NCBI GenBank assembly: GCA_964035545.1
Contig: OZ037767.1
Location: 2,677,680-2,741,679, forward strand
Source: Bugula neritina
Lineage: Eukaryota; Animalia; Bryozoa
Direction: 5' to 3'
DNA length: 64,000 bases
The translations under genes and the position numbers were made by a program. Positions 31,501-46,614 of the stretch are shown piece by piece. Under the pieces are notes generated by a model. That model was not told the origin of the DNA and did no database searches. It was given only the letters and a program-made list of their open reading frames with translations. Positions within the stretch are counted from its first letter, which is position 1; each line of letters begins with the position of its first letter.

Positions 31501-34500
31501 TAGCATATCAAACAAGAATCTTTAGGGAAAACCATGAAAGATAAAACTGTCACTCAGTTCAATTGCTTGAAATCAATTTTCATGATTATATTCACGCAAG
31601 ATGTGACTCAGGGTTGACTAGCTGCATTTCTGTAGTATCAAGATACTCAGAAATATCTCAAATATTAGGTAAATGCAGTTTCAGGGTTATGTGCCCATGC
31701 AATTCAGTTTTATGATTAATTTTATAATTCCAAACCTATTTATTTTGCTTTATTAATAATCATAGTGGTTTATTCATTGCGTCCGCTGTTGAAACTTTAA
31801 ACTAACCTCCAAAAAAAGGTATAGACATGTTATGGAGGCATGCTGTATAGTGTAACATGGAGTTATGTTTTCTCGAAAACTAAACACAAAAGATTTAGGT
31901 TATTGCAAAATTGATTCTTCTTCAGATATCATATGAAATATTAATTACATTGAAGACATCAAATAAGAGACAAAGAGCAGACAACTTGCAATTGGCCTGT
32001 GACTTGTATTTCCTTCTAATATGCCACATTATTCTGTTTAGCTGTACGGTTATAATTCCCCATATTCTTGATGGCACATGGTACACTATATATAGACATG
32101 CTGATATACTTGTTAAGGAACTGTTGTCTGTATTCTGTAGCAAGATGCCTTAATTAAACAGCTGCAGGAGCAGCATTTCCAGCAGTATGTGCGCCAAATG
32201 TACGAGCAGCAACTGCAGCAGCAGCAGCAGCTTGGCACAGGTTCTCCCCAGGTCAGTATGTTTAGAGTATATGACTATACATGTGTAGAATATATGATTA
32301 TATGTAGAGTATATGACTATGTGTAGAATATATATGTAGAATATATGACTATGTGTAGAATATATATGTAGAGTATATGACTATATGTAGAATATATGTG
32401 CAGAATATATGTGTAGAGTATATGACTATGTGTAGAATATATGACTATGTGTAGAACATATGACTATGTGTAGAATATATGACTATGTGTAGAATGGTGA
32501 GATATATTTCTTCTGTACTTTTGTTTAACTCTATAAAGTAATGAGGTACCGAAAATTAATTGCATTCCATTTTGACTCCATGTCTGACAATTGATTTTAT
32601 TCATGGCAAATGGTAATATGTTAATTGAATAAAACATCCCATCAGTTCAGCCAATTGTAGCTAAGCAAGCACTTGCTTATAAGTGTCAAAAGTCAATTAA
32701 CTGACTGCTTTGATATTCAGCGTGTTGTAACATAGTCAGCAGCACATCGCATAGCTATTTGCGTATTGTTCTGAAACGTATTCTAATGAGACTGAAAACT
32801 GTGGCTGTTAGTGTTGTTGAGTATTATGAAATCTCAGCAAAGTTGTGTTTCCACTTTGCTGGAGTTTTACAGGCAGTCTGAGCAGGTGAGTGTGTGACAC
32901 ACAGGTAATGTGTTAGACAGACTAAGCAGGTGACACACAGGTAGTTAGACAGGCTGAGCAGGTGACACACAGGTAGTGTGCTGTCACATACATATTATTA
33001 TGTTATATTATGTTATATTCCTTATTTTAGGGGCAGAGCAGTTCACTGGCAGCTGCTGGTCAAAGCACACAACACCCAGAGACAGCGCTGTCAGGACCCA
33101 CCCATGATGAGCAGATAAATGGTTCTCACCAGGCTATAGTTGAACACACAGGTGTGTAGTGATGTAGTATATGTATAGTATATACTGATATTGTTTATAT
33201 AAAGTATATATTATGTATAATATTGTATATATTGTGTATTATATTGTAGATATCATGTATTATACTGTATATACTATGTTTATATAAAGTATATACTATG
33301 TTTATATAAAGTATATACTATGTATTATATTGTATATACTATGTATTATATTGTATATATTATGTATTATACTATATATATATACTGTATATTATGTATT
33401 ATATTGTATATACTATGTATTATATTGTATATATTATGTATTATATTGTATATATTATGTATTATATTGTATATACTATGTATTATATTGTATATACTAT
33501 GTATTATATTGTATATATTATGTATTATATTGTATATATTATGTATTATATTGTATATACTATGTATTATATTGTATATATTATGTATTATATTGTATAT
33601 ATTATGTATTATATTGTATATATTATGTATTATATTGTATATATTATGTATTATATTGTATATATTATGTATCATATTGTATATATTATGTATCATATTG
33701 TAGATATTGTACAGGAAGCTTCTATGTGGACCCAAAAAGATATTGTAACGTTCAAGAATACAATAAAGAAAGAGTCAAAGATGGAGAACCACACAGACTG
33801 TATTATAAAAGTTGGTTCTGGTGAAACAGTCACGGTGAGTTGAACTCGGAACTCGTGAGATATGTCGTAAACTAGTGAGATATGTCGTAAACTCGTGAGA
33901 TATGTCGTATACTCGTGAGATATGGTGTACAATGGCAAACGCTCTGTCTTGAAGAAATGTTTCACGTCAGCAGCTGCAGCTCAAGTGTAATGTGTGGAAA
34001 TATGTCTGTAAAACTAAGTGTGATCTACAAATATTGATGAGTATCCGACTGTACTAGCTCCTGTAGGTGCAGACTGTACTAGCTCCCTGCAGGTGTAGAC
34101 TGTACTAGCTCTCTGTAGGTGTAGACTGTACTAGCTCTCTGTAGGTGTAGACTGTACTAGCTCCCTGCAGGTGTAGACTGTACTAGCTCCCTGTAGGTGT
34201 AGACTGTACTAGCTCTCTGTAGGTGTAGACTGTACTAGCTCTCTGTAGGTGTAGACTGTACTAGCTCCCTGTAGGTGTAGACTGTACTAGCTTCCTGCAG
34301 GTGTAGACTGTACTAGCTCTCTGTAGGTGTAGACTGTACTAGCTCTCTGTAGGTGTAGACTGTACTAGCTCCCTGTAGGTGTAGACTGTACTAGCTTCCT
34401 GCAGGTGTAGACTGTACTAGCTCCCTGTAGGTGTAGACTGTACTAGCTCCCTGTAGGTGTAGACTGTACTAGCTCTCTGTAGGTGTAGACTGTACTAGCT

Positions 34501-35775
34501 CTCTGTAGGTGTAGACTGTACTAGCTCTCTGTAGGTGTAGACTGTACTAGCTCCCTGTAGGTGTAGACTGTACTAGCTTCCTGTAGGTGTAGACAAACTG
34601 CTCTTGTGTGTTAATCAGTTTGAGGAGATCTTGACCAATTAGATTATCAGCTGGTACTTCCTTGGCAGATTGTGTCGCACATGATTGGTTGTTACATATC
34701 TTCCTGACTTCTACTAATACTCGTTCTAATAACTCGTAGTAATAACTCACAGTAATAAGTTATAATGAAAACTTCCTTTCACCTCACTGCTAAAAATTGC
34801 TGTACTCACTAACCTCATGATGTCATATCCTGTACTCACTAACCTCATGACATCACATCCTGTACTTATGACGTCTCATTCGCTGGCTGTAGATACGAGT
34901 TCCCACTCACGAGAATGGAAACTGTCTATTCTGGGAGTTTGCGACTGACCACTACGACATAGCCTTTGGTATCTACTTTGAGTGGACCCCCGCTACTGGG
35001 GAGGGGATTCATATGCACGTCAGCGACAGCTCCGACGACGAGGATGAGGAACAAACTGCCGATGGTGAGTAAACTGTAATCTGATCCTCCATATATAGTT
35101 ATATTACTATATATTAGACTACTATACAATAGACTGTTATCTAGTCCTCTATATATAGTTATATTACTATACACCAGATTGCTATACAATAGACTGTTAT
35201 CTAGTCCTCTATATGTAGTTATATTACTATATATTAGACTACTATACAATAGACTGTTATCTAGTCCTCTATATATAGTTATATTACTATACACCAGATT
35301 GCTATACAATAGACTGTTATCTAGTCCTCTATATGTAGTTATATTACTATATATTAGACTACTATACAATAGACTGTTATCTAGTCCTCCATATATAGTT
35401 ATATTACTATATATTAGACTACTATACAATAGACTGTTATCTAGTCCTCTATATATAGTTATATTACTATACACCAGACTGCTATGCCATAGAGTATAGG
35501 CTGTTATCTAGCCTTTTCTATTACTCAGTTATATTGATTATTTATTATTACAATTCACAGGTAAATCTGATGCCGAGAAGGGGGAGGGTGCTGCCAAGCC
35601 ACGGGGACCTCCCACTGATGAAATCATACCGATATACCGACGAGACAGTCACGAGGAGGTTTACTGCGGCAGTCACGTGTACCCGGGCAGAGGGGTTTAC
35701 CTTCTCAAGTTTGACAATTCCTACTCTCTGTGGCGGAGTAAAACTCTTTACTATAGAGTTTACTATTCTAGGTGA
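28582..35775 (+). CDS. ACBD3: Golgi resident protein GCP60 (ACBD, Q-rich and GOLD domains), ~470 aa
   Basis: Exons 28582-28753, 29912-30053, 30800-30940, 31127-31334, 32141-32251, 33031-33151, 33704-33834, 34893-35064, 35561-35775; motifs [66 protein letters not shown]. Confidence 0.95.
30475..30760. repeat. 21-bp minisatellite (CACACTCATCTAGGGCCTGTT)
   Basis: About 13 tandem units. Confidence 0.92.
33160..33710. repeat. 21-bp AT-rich minisatellite (TATATTGTATATATTATGTAT) merging into an ACBD3 acceptor
   Basis: Tandem units; the last unit carries the real AG at 33702-33703. Confidence 0.92.
34045..34595. repeat. 26-bp minisatellite (GTAGACTGTACTAGCTCYCTGTAGGT)
   Basis: About 20 near-identical units. 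Confidence 0.95.
35085..35515. repeat. 60-bp minisatellite with two interspersed variants
   Basis: Seven 60-bp units in the order A-B-A-B-A-A-B (ATATTAGACT versus ACACCAGATT/ACACCAGACT). Confidence 0.92.
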
Positions 35776-37187
35776 ACGGGCAGCAGTTCATGAACTCTAT
35801 TTATACAATTATAGCATATAATATATATCATTACATACTCTACTAATATATTTGAATACCAAGTTCTATGTGTTATGATAATTCTTCACCACTGGGTTAC
35901 TATTGTATTTATTTTATTCCATTTCGGTTGTTAGTTTCTCTTTGTGAGTAGACTATGCTGGAGTACTGCTTATTGTTATTCACATAGTTGTGTCACCCTC
36001 TGCAAGTGTAGATAGTTGGTGCGGGTGTTGTTTACTCTAACAATGAAATTCTCAATGCCCCTTTGGGCAAGGGCTATTTTTGTGTCATAATATTAATTTT
36101 TGTTTTTCTGATCATAGAAGTCTTCAATGTAAATCTAAAATATAAACACTTAATATACCAACGATTTATAATACTGTAGTTACTTACACCAAATTTAACT
36201 CTGCTAGTAATTTGTAATTATTTTAGCTTGCATAGGTGAGGGTTATCTTCTCAATGTAATATATTGAGTTTAGACAATTTTTTGCTAAAATAAATGTTTC
36301 TTATGATTAATAAGAGATGAAAGTAGATGAAATATTATCTGTAAACCTTCAGCCTCGCTTTGGTGTATTCCCAAAGACTTGATAAACTCATTAATCTTAG
36401 GACTTGGCTTTTACAGATGGATGGTATTTTCTAACTGCACCATAATATGTGGTGCACATGTATATATTATAAACAGCATATTTATAAAAGGAAGTGGGGT
36501 AATATAATTAACTGTAAACTAATAACATCTCAAGGTTATTTAAATTTACTGCATCATGTCATATATTATGCAGGTGTTTCTATTCAGGTTAGTTTGTTCA
36601 TAAGCTGTCATTGCTATTGTATCTGGTCATAAATTAGGTCAAGCAAGTCATTTTTTAATTAAATCAGATTTTAAAAAATTTCAAGTTGGCTCAAATGATG
36701 TAGTTTAAAATTGTGTAGACAACTTCATAGAATTTAATTACCTTTTTATCACGGACTACTCTGACGGCAATTATGTACTACACAAAATACTCAATGACCT
36801 GTGACTAAATAAAGATGCAGATGACATAGAATCACAGTTACCAGCTACTATTTATTGTACACTTGAGCTGTTTATGGCAGCATATTGAGAACATCAATGA
36901 AACATGGTCAGTGTTAATAAAGCGCCACAAATGTAGATGATTTTTCAGAGCAATAAAACCATAAAAAAAATGTTTAGCAAAGGACAGCCGAGTCTCCAGT
37001 AAAGTAGATGATTAGCAATTTTATCATGAGTAAATTGATACCTAAGTGTATAGTGGAATACTACACTTGGTTTTGCAACCTTATCTTAACTAAACAATTT
37101 ATTTATACAAATATCAAGTTATGGAGGTTAATCTACATGATTGCATGTATACAGGTCGATGTATAACAAGCTGAAGATTATTACATA

Positions 37188-38460
37188 ATGAGTCGTAGAG
37201 CGAGTGTCTACAAACGGCAGAACCCTGGTAAGCCTAGAGTTAAATTCTCGGATGAACTGGTGCTCCAGGATTGTGTGAAGGAGAATGACATTGAGGAAAT
37301 GCATCACATGTTACGAAGAACAAGCCTGCAGGTCGACCTAAGTGCTATTAACTCTGCGGGTAAGTCACATGCCTTTCTGTAAATGAGGTGGTAGTAGGCA
37401 GAAATTAGTCTATGTTAAGGTACTGCAGCATGCCATGCTGTTTAATTACAAATTTAATGCCAAATTATTTATGCAACTACTATTTTAATTCGAAAAGAAC
37501 TTAACTCACAAGTTTACCATTATTTCCAAGATAATTTTTGCACTTTAATACACTTATACAGGCCAATAATTTTTAAGACAATAAACAATTGGCTAAATGT
37601 GTTGAATGAGTTGCCCTACTCTGGGTGTGGTCTCTGAGTTTCCGAATACACGTGCAGGTCTGACTGCCCTTCACCAAGCAGTACTGGATGGTAACTTTAA
37701 AGCTGTACGTCTGCTACTAAAGCATGGAGCAGACGTGAACAAAGTGGACGAAGACAGTTGGACTCCTCTACACGCTGCCTGTGCCGAAGGTCAGGCTGAC
37801 ATTGCCAGGTACGTGACATGAGCATCACTCTCTACACAGATTACCTCTTATAAGCATCACTACACTTTCTCAACGAAGATAACCTTTTACTATTCATCTA
37901 TGACATGTCCTGCACAAAATGGCAGAGCCTGTGCATTATTTTGACTGAAAATATATACTTCTATTTCTTTCCAGCTCCAGCATTGCGTGATTCTAAAAAG
38001 AAAACTTGGTTCTGAGACTTTTTATGGTTTTATTTTACTGAATGCCTATACTTTGTATTTCAGTTAACATAATATTCTAAATCTATAATCTGTAGAAAAG
38101 TGGAAAAACTATCTTTAGAAATTCTTTTAACATGAAAATATCGGCAGATAGTAGTTTCCAACTGACTGTTAAAGCTATTTTTCACCATAAAGTACATACA
38201 TACGCTGCAGATAACCACCTTACTCATAGAATACACTATGTTAGCTGCAGATACTACTCTCTTTCGTATGCAGATATCTACTGAAACAAGGCGCTGATCC
38301 GTCAATCCTGACTGATGATGGTGAAAGGCCAATTGATCTCTGCGATCACACCGACATGCCCACTATAAGAGTCTTACTTAGAGCTCAAAGTAGCGACATT
38401 GCTGTCAGCGATGATGCAGCCGACAACGATGACACCATTACAGAAGAAGATTACAAATAG
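37188..38460 (+). CDS. PP1 regulatory ankyrin-repeat protein, PPP1R27-like, 169 aa
   Basis: Exons 37188-37359, 37658-37808, 38274-38460; RVKF PP1-docking motif followed by ankyrin repeats GLTALHQAVLDGN and WTPLHAAC. Confidence 0.85.
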
Positions 38461-40816
38461 CCTACAACTCCACGAGGACTTCTTAAAGGCTTTACGAACA
38501 GTCTACAAGAGACTCAACTATCAAGTTAAAGGAATCTCGATAAAGTTTCTTATATAAATGCAATAACAACCCATTAAAGGTGTGGACATGTGATGCATAT
38601 ACACTGTAATTATGGCACCTAAAATCAGGTGAATGCCTGCTTATCAACATTACATTTCCATTTCATTGCTTTATTCATCTCTGTAAAAGGTGACACTTCT
38701 TAAGATTTTAAAGTGAGTATATAGAGTATTAATTTACTATCATTTCAATATCGTTATTATTATTGTATTGCATGAATTCCTAGCTGCTATAAACTTTACG
38801 TTAGTAAACAAGCGCAGCTTTACAAAACCAAACATTATAATTTATCAGAGCAAATTATTTTACACATTTGCCATAACTATTTAACTAAGTCCACCTCTAC
38901 CATTTTATTTTACATACGAATTAAAGTTACGGCTCTATTTTATACATAATGCAATCTTATTTATGATGTCCACACAAGCCTATATATACATACATACATG
39001 TGCTATCGAATTATGAAAGTATAATAAAAATGTACCAGGAAGCTTCAAGTTCTAAAGCCTGTAGATGGGACATTACAACCATCATCTCTGCAGATATTGG
39101 CAATAACTTGAAAGTATTAACTAATCCATTATCCTCTAGCATCTATATGAACATGAAAAGTATTTTTGTAATCTGAAGCATTGCATTAGTTTGATGTACA
39201 TGTAGGAGTCAAGCTTTACCAATGTTGATGCCATAATACTATTACACATTGTACACATTCAGGATGAATTAAATCTACACTTTTCTCAGCCTATGCAATT
39301 TAATTGCTAGGTAGTCATTCAATTAGTATAGGAATTGGAAAACCTAATAGAAATGTCACTCAGTCAAAATTGCCTGAAGGGTCTTGTAGAGTTGCTGATA
39401 AACAAAAGATATAGAATTGCTATCAAGTGCAAAGCAATAACAGTGAATCAAGGTACTATTAGTCATCACGACTAGCCATCCCCTATGTAAGAATAAACTC
39501 ATGCAGCTTCAGTAACTCGAGACCACTACGAGTTTCAAATGGTGGTGAATTTATGATATTGTGATATTATAAATAGGAAACACTGGTTAGAATCGATTAT
39601 CAGTCTAATTTATAGATGACGGATCAAGTATTCAATGAATAAATAATGATACATGATATTGATATTATAATGCATTTATTTTAACTTGCTTTGAGTGGAC
39701 AGAGAGTAATTCAACAAAAGTTCATCAAAGAAAATAAATCAATTTTAAATAAAAACTGAAATAATTATTTGAAATATTGGCATGTCTTGTATGGACCAGC
39801 TTACCAGCACCTGCTAGTAAATTCAAAATAATGGAAAATAATTGACTTTATGAGGTTGCAACTTGAAATAAATAATATTAAAAAAAACAGAAACACAATA
39901 TACTGAATTACGACATTTATAAGTTTTATGGAAACAAGAATAATCATAAGTGAGGACTAGAAGATATGTGCCTTGAGCTCACATGAAGTCGAAACTGCTT
40001 ACGAGTGACAACACTTTGCTCAGTTTCATAACTCTCAACTCTAAAAGCTCTTAAAAACACTCTTTCTCATTGGCAGATTTATATATAAAGATGTGATTTA
40101 ATGTGTGCTCAAGGCAACGTACTCCCGTAATATGAGATAAAGGGAATTTTTATCACAACTTTGTTACAACCAAATTACATTATATTATATTACATTAAAT
40201 GATTTCCTTTGATAAACATACGCAAAAATAATTTAATTTCGGAAAAAACACATAGAAATCAAAAAAATAATTGATATAGGCAGTTAGCACCTGGTATTGC
40301 CATGAAAAGAAATGGCTTTTAATTTATACCACATCTAGAGTGTATATATGTATGTATTTCTATTGTCTAAGGTTTACCACAGAGCTTTGAGTGTATCTAT
40401 TTCATCATAGAATAAAAGTAACCTGCAAAAAGCATTTAATGAACCCAGCAAGTTGTAAGTACAAGAAAAGGCGAAAACTTTAATTAATGCCTTTCGTTAA
40501 AAAATATAAACTATACATATATCGACCACACATATGTTGAAGTATAATTGAGACAGTGAAAATCCCTCATATTGTATTCTCACGATTAATATAATTTTTA
40601 CACAGCCGGTATAAACATACACTATAATTATAATTAATTCTTCAAGTTTAAATGTGCAGCCAAAGTAGAGTTTTAAGGTTAGTTGAAATAAAATCCAATG
40701 TGTAATAATCATATTTCAAATACAAATAATTGAGAGTTATGGCCACATAATAACGATAATGAAAAATAGACAAATCCAAACTAGAAGAAAAGAACATGTA
40801 GACTAATAGTTACCCG

Positions 40817-43800
40817 TTACTTCATAGGCCCATAGTCAGGAAATATTTGACTTAGTAGGAAGAGCGCTATCTCTGGACTAGCCCAGTAGGACGTGTGCGA
40901 GAATATGGCATTGACATAGCTGCTGGTCATTCCGTCGCTGCTAGGTAACACGTAGTCTAGCCTGAACTCCAAGTCTAAAGAGCGCACAATGGAATGCATA
41001 GCTTATGCTAGATTTTGTGACACAATATTGGTTAACCACCGTATGATAGTACATAAGGCCAATCATAATGTTACTGTTGCCAGGAAACAGGACTACACAT
41101 ATTTTAGAGGTGACTCATACCCGTCTGCTCCACAACGTCACCGTCATCCGACGTGACGTCGTCTGTCACATCTTCATCACTTGCCACACTCTGATAGTCC
41201 GTCAACTCTGCCGCCAGCTTTTCCTCTTTGTTTCCACCTCTTCCACCCAGTTTGGAGAAAAGACCTTTGAGAGCACCTACAGAATAAACACCGTGTGTAC
41301 AATGTGCCATACTATGTGACAGGGCACCTGCAACATGTGGCATACTATATGACAGGGCACTTGCAAAATGTGGCATACTATATGACAGGGCACCTGCAAC
41401 ATGTGGCATACTATATGACAGGGCACCTGTAGCAAGTGGCATGATGTATGTGACAGGGCACCTGCAACATGTGGCATGCTATATGACCCGGCACTTGCAA
41501 CATGTGGTATGTCATATGAGAGGGCACCTGTAACAGATGACACAATGTATTGGAGGGCACCTGCTGCACATCAGCTTATGTGAAGGCACCTGCCACAAGT
41601 GTCAAGTGAACACTATGCTTTATATGACTATATATTACCATATAATAACCTAGGAATGTTCACCTTTGAACCCTCCGTTGTCCCCCACACTAGATGTCGC
41701 CTCTTGTTGCGATGCATCCGCTATCGTAGATTGAGATCTTTCTACCTGGGCTTTGATTGGCTTTCTATCTCCATTCTGATTGGCTTGTCCATCCACAGAG
41801 TCGGCTTTCCCCATTTTCTTCACTACATGAAGCAGTACCAACACACATGACATACACTTAATAAGTAAAAGTAAATGTCAACAACTCAAATCTATAAAAA
41901 CAAAACTACAATCCTTCTAGACTAGAGCTAACATAGAGTAGCATAACTTCCACAGTAGTGACATGATGTAAATATTGCTGAAAGAAAAGTATTTGGTTTC
42001 TAGTATAATATTTGTACAATTTGTACAATATTTGTTCTTACATACTATAACATTTAGCATATTATTATCTAGTATATTATTATCTAATATACTATTAGTA
42101 CATATTATTATATTATCTAGCATATTGTTAGTACAGTATATTATCTAGTATATTATTAGTACAGTATATTATCTAGTATATCAATAGCAGATATTATTAT
42201 AGAAAAAACAGTTTTACTACCTTGACTGGCTGCTTTTCCAAAAGCAGCGAATGCTTTGGCTTTCATTTCGGAGTAAGGAACCTTTTTAGCTTCTTTGAGT
42301 TTGTGTATTTTGAGAGGTGCGATGGTGCTGTAATGTTTGAGTACCAGAGGCTCTATTCTGTATGCCTAAACACCAGGAGTAAACAATTCATACAACACAA
42401 GTGTATCTGTATTCATGTTGATTCACACCCGACTACAGTTACACTGGAAACACTTGCCATCATCACATAAACAAAGATATTACAACATGTAGAATACAAG
42501 GATTTCTAATTTGATTTGAAAGTCACATCTACTGAGTATAGAGTATTGAGTATAGAGTAGAGAGTACTGAGTAGAGAGTACTGAGTAAAAAGTACTGAGT
42601 ATAAAGTAGAAAGTACTGAGTAGATAATACTGAGTAGAGAGTACTGAGTAAAGAGTACTGAGTATAAAGTAGAGAGTACTGAGTAGAGAGTACTGAGTAA
42701 AGAGTACTGAGTATAAAGTAGAAAGTACTGAGTATAAAGTAGAGAGTACTGAGTAGAAAGTCTGAGTATAAAGTAGAGAGTACTGAGTAGAGAGTACTGA
42801 GTAAAGAGTACTGAGTATAAAGTAGAGAGTACTGAGTAGAGAGTATTGAGTATAGAGTACTGAGGGTGGTAGTTGTTATAGTACAGAGTAGAGAGTATTG
42901 AGACTTACAATTGGGTCACTGGGGTGGTAGATGTTATAAAATCGCTTGCACAAGGACTTTGGAAGTAGGTGGTCCATCAGCCCGTTAGGTTTCGGACGGA
43001 TACCTCTCAGAGAGAGGAAAACTCCCAATGGAGATCCCAGACTAAATAAGTTGCCTACCTAAATAAATAATTACAATACAACACAATATATCCTAACCTA
43101 GCACAACAACATTATAAAATTATAATAAATTTTATTGAATATAAAATTATTTCACTTACTTTAAACATTAAAGGACTAGTTTCTTTGTGGATAATAGAGT
43201 TGATATAGAAATCGTGAAGTCTGTAAAATATAAAGATTGATAACTATTCTCATAAAGATAAACTGAAAGATATTTTACTAGAGCTGATCAATTAATACTT
43301 GAAAGGCTTTTATTATGAAAAAGTAGGTCATTCTGATAAAATATGATGCATAAATCCACAAATCTAGTGAATCATACCACAATACCATTTGACTTGTACT
43401 AGAGTACTAGCAACTAGTGACTAGTACTAGAGTACTAGCAACTAGTGACTAGTACTAAAGTACTAGCAACTAGTGACTAATATTAGAGTACTAATAAATA
43501 GCGACTGGTACCAGAGTACTGATACTACAAGCTAGTATATAGTGACGGACTAGTCTTAAATTTAAAAACCTTTTACTTCTGTCTGACGTAGTCATTGATT
43601 CAAAAACTTTCTGAGTTTTTTGAGGGTCGGTTTCTGATCGTTTCTTCTACAATAAAAAGTTGAGAACAAATTAAATTAAATGTTTTGTGTTTATAAGATA
43701 AATACAATAATTTAATCATACTAATTGAAATATCTAAAATATACAATTATACACTTTTAAGGAGCAGCAATATTTTCAAAGACATTACTCAATGCTAATT

Positions 43801-46562
43801 AATTATTTTATCATAATATTCAAATGCTATAAACTTAATTTTATGTACCAAACACATCCAAACACTCTTATGTTTTCCTAACTATAAAACTATAGAAGTT
43901 GCCCCATCTAAAATAGACGAAGTATGCATACACAAATAAACTAGAGGTCAATGCTACTCACCAGTACATTAAAGACGTATTGGTCGTAGAGCTCAATGGG
44001 ATCCCACCCTGTGAGTATATCGTAGAGTATTACAGAACCTAAGGAGTGGACGCATATGGAGACCTGACCATTGTTGGCTTCAAAGTACGGGTTCTTCTCC
44101 ACAAATATCTGATACAACCTGTTTAACTCCGAGCTGAGGCCATCGATTATCTGCAGCAAATCAACTAATATCTGCAGCAAGTGAGAAGTAATTTGCAAAA
44201 AGTAAATTTATCTGCAGAAACTAAAATTTTACCTGCAGCTAATAAAATAGTCGAGTAAGAATAAAGCATATCATGAAGATTTGTAGAAAAACAGTGTCAC
44301 AGATTGAATCTTTACTTCACCGATATTTTCACACCGAAAGTTACTAATGTCTCCATAAAGATATCCTGACAAAGAAGATGCACTTTTTTAATTTGTTTGG
44401 AAATCAAATCATTTCCAATACCATTTTTAATTGCCTAAAAAACTGTCTCTACACGCAGTGCATTTAATAACAGAAAAAAATGATTTGTTAAAGCTTTCCT
44501 GCAACCAATGTTGACACTTGAAAAAACAAGAAACAGTTGTTGGTGACATTTACCTACTTATTTAGCAAGCAACAAGTCCTCTGTATAAAATAGCTCTGTA
44601 TGACTCACCTCTCCTCTATACAGAGGACTTGTATAATACAGTATATCCATAGTATACATAGTATGACTCACCTCTCCTCTGTACAGTGGACTTGTATAGT
44701 ACAGTATATCCATAGTATACATAGTATGACTCACCCCTCCTCTATACAGTGGACTTGCATAGTACAGTATATCCATAGTATACATAGCATGACTCACCCC
44801 TCCTCTATACAGTGGACTTGCATAGTACAGTATATCCATAGTATACATAGTATGACTCACCTCTCCTCTGTACAGTGGACTTGTATAATACAGTATATCC
44901 ATGGTATACATAGCATGACTCACCTCTCCTCTGTACAGTGGACTTGTATAGTACAGTATATCCATGGCCGTGGAGTTTAGTAACACCCGCAAATGACGCA
45001 ACTTCTCAGGTGTGATGGACTCTACCAAATCTAAATGTGTTGAAATAAGAATGTGTCAGTAACACAGTACCTAAGGTGTTGGTAACAGAGTACCTGAGGT
45101 GTCAGTAACAGAGTACCTGAGTGTCAGTAACAGAGTACCTGAGGTGTCAGTAACAGAGTACCTGAGTGTCAGTAACAGAGTGCCTCACTCGGACTGACCT
45201 ACATTGTAAATGATTTTTCAATAACTTCTAATTTTTAAACTTAAACAAATATCGGTAGATTACTGTGAATTTGAACAACAACAAAATACTGTAATCAACT
45301 TTACATTTACTAAAACTTCAACTAGAAATTACATCATCACATTGACATCTAAGTCATCACATCACTATATTGCAAGAGTATATTTTACGAATATCACAAT
45401 TGGATATTTCCTGAAATAACTTCACTAGAATATATTCACATACACCAGTGTATAAAACTTAACCTCCATCTAACTGTAGATCAGTCCTCCATTCTACTGG
45501 CAGAAACTCTATTCTCTGGTGCGAGGAGGTAAGATCTGGAAAGTACTTTGGTATCAGTTTATGGGTGCCATTCCGGAGGCTACAGTGTATGAACGCTTAG
45601 TTAACAACTTTCATGTGATATACACAGGGCTAGATGATGTATGCATCAAGCTGTTGATAAATTATCAAACGGAGTTACCCTGTCTCACAAAGTAGAGATT
45701 TAAGAAAGGCATTGAATCAAAATTGATTACTTAATACCCTGAAAGCCTTGAAGCCATATTACTGGCTTGTTTTTTGAAAGTCAACAATCTGCTTCAAAAT
45801 CTCATACTGAACAATGAGTTAGAGCCTTGAATACTGCATAAAATTGGCTATCAACAATATTTAGGTAAACAACTGCACAGCACGCAGTGTGCTGGCATTA
45901 CTGTCGAATTAGTGAATTGAAATAAGAGCTATTAGGGCTTCTTAACAATTTTCTTCTCTTAATCTAGTAAAAAGCTCAATTAGCTCTGTGTAGTAAAAGA
46001 AAAGAAGTGGGAATGAGATCCTGTTTCACTTCATTAGTTCTATAGGAAAGACAACTACAAAACGTATTCCACAGAGAGGTACCTGGTGCACACAGTGACA
46101 CTCTACAAGCAGGTACTTGGAGCACACAGTGACACTCTACAAGCAGATACTTGGAGCACACAGTGACACTCTATAAGCAGGTACTTGGAGCACACAGTGA
46201 CACTCTATATGCAGGTACTTGGAGCACACAGTGACACTCTACAAGCAGGTAGTTGACTTACTCATTGCAGCAGCTAATGATTTTATTTTGGTTGTACTTC
46301 TGGCCAATCCCGTGGACAACGAAGACTAGTTGAGTGACGTCAGGGGGCTTGTCATCCATCTTGGCTTGTTCATAGTAACCTCTGTAAAGTCTGGTCCCAG
46401 TTCCAGCTGAAAATAGCATAGATTCTCAGTATAAGAGTAGACAACTCTCAATAGCAACTAGCTAACTGTTGTATTATACCATGTCTAAGTGTTAACATAT
46501 TATGTATAAATTAAATCATTAGTTACAAAAAGTGACCCACTAATTTAGAGTCACCCGGAATC

Positions 46563-46614
<52 letters not shown>

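Noticed and set aside
33320-33843. Long ORFs of YYIVYIM / ILYILC repeats
   Set aside because: Translations of a 21-bp intronic minisatellite; only 33704-33834 is a real ACBD3 exon.
34045-34595. Regular repeat array superficially like a CRISPR array
   Set aside because: Head-to-tail units with no unique spacers, located in a eukaryotic intron.
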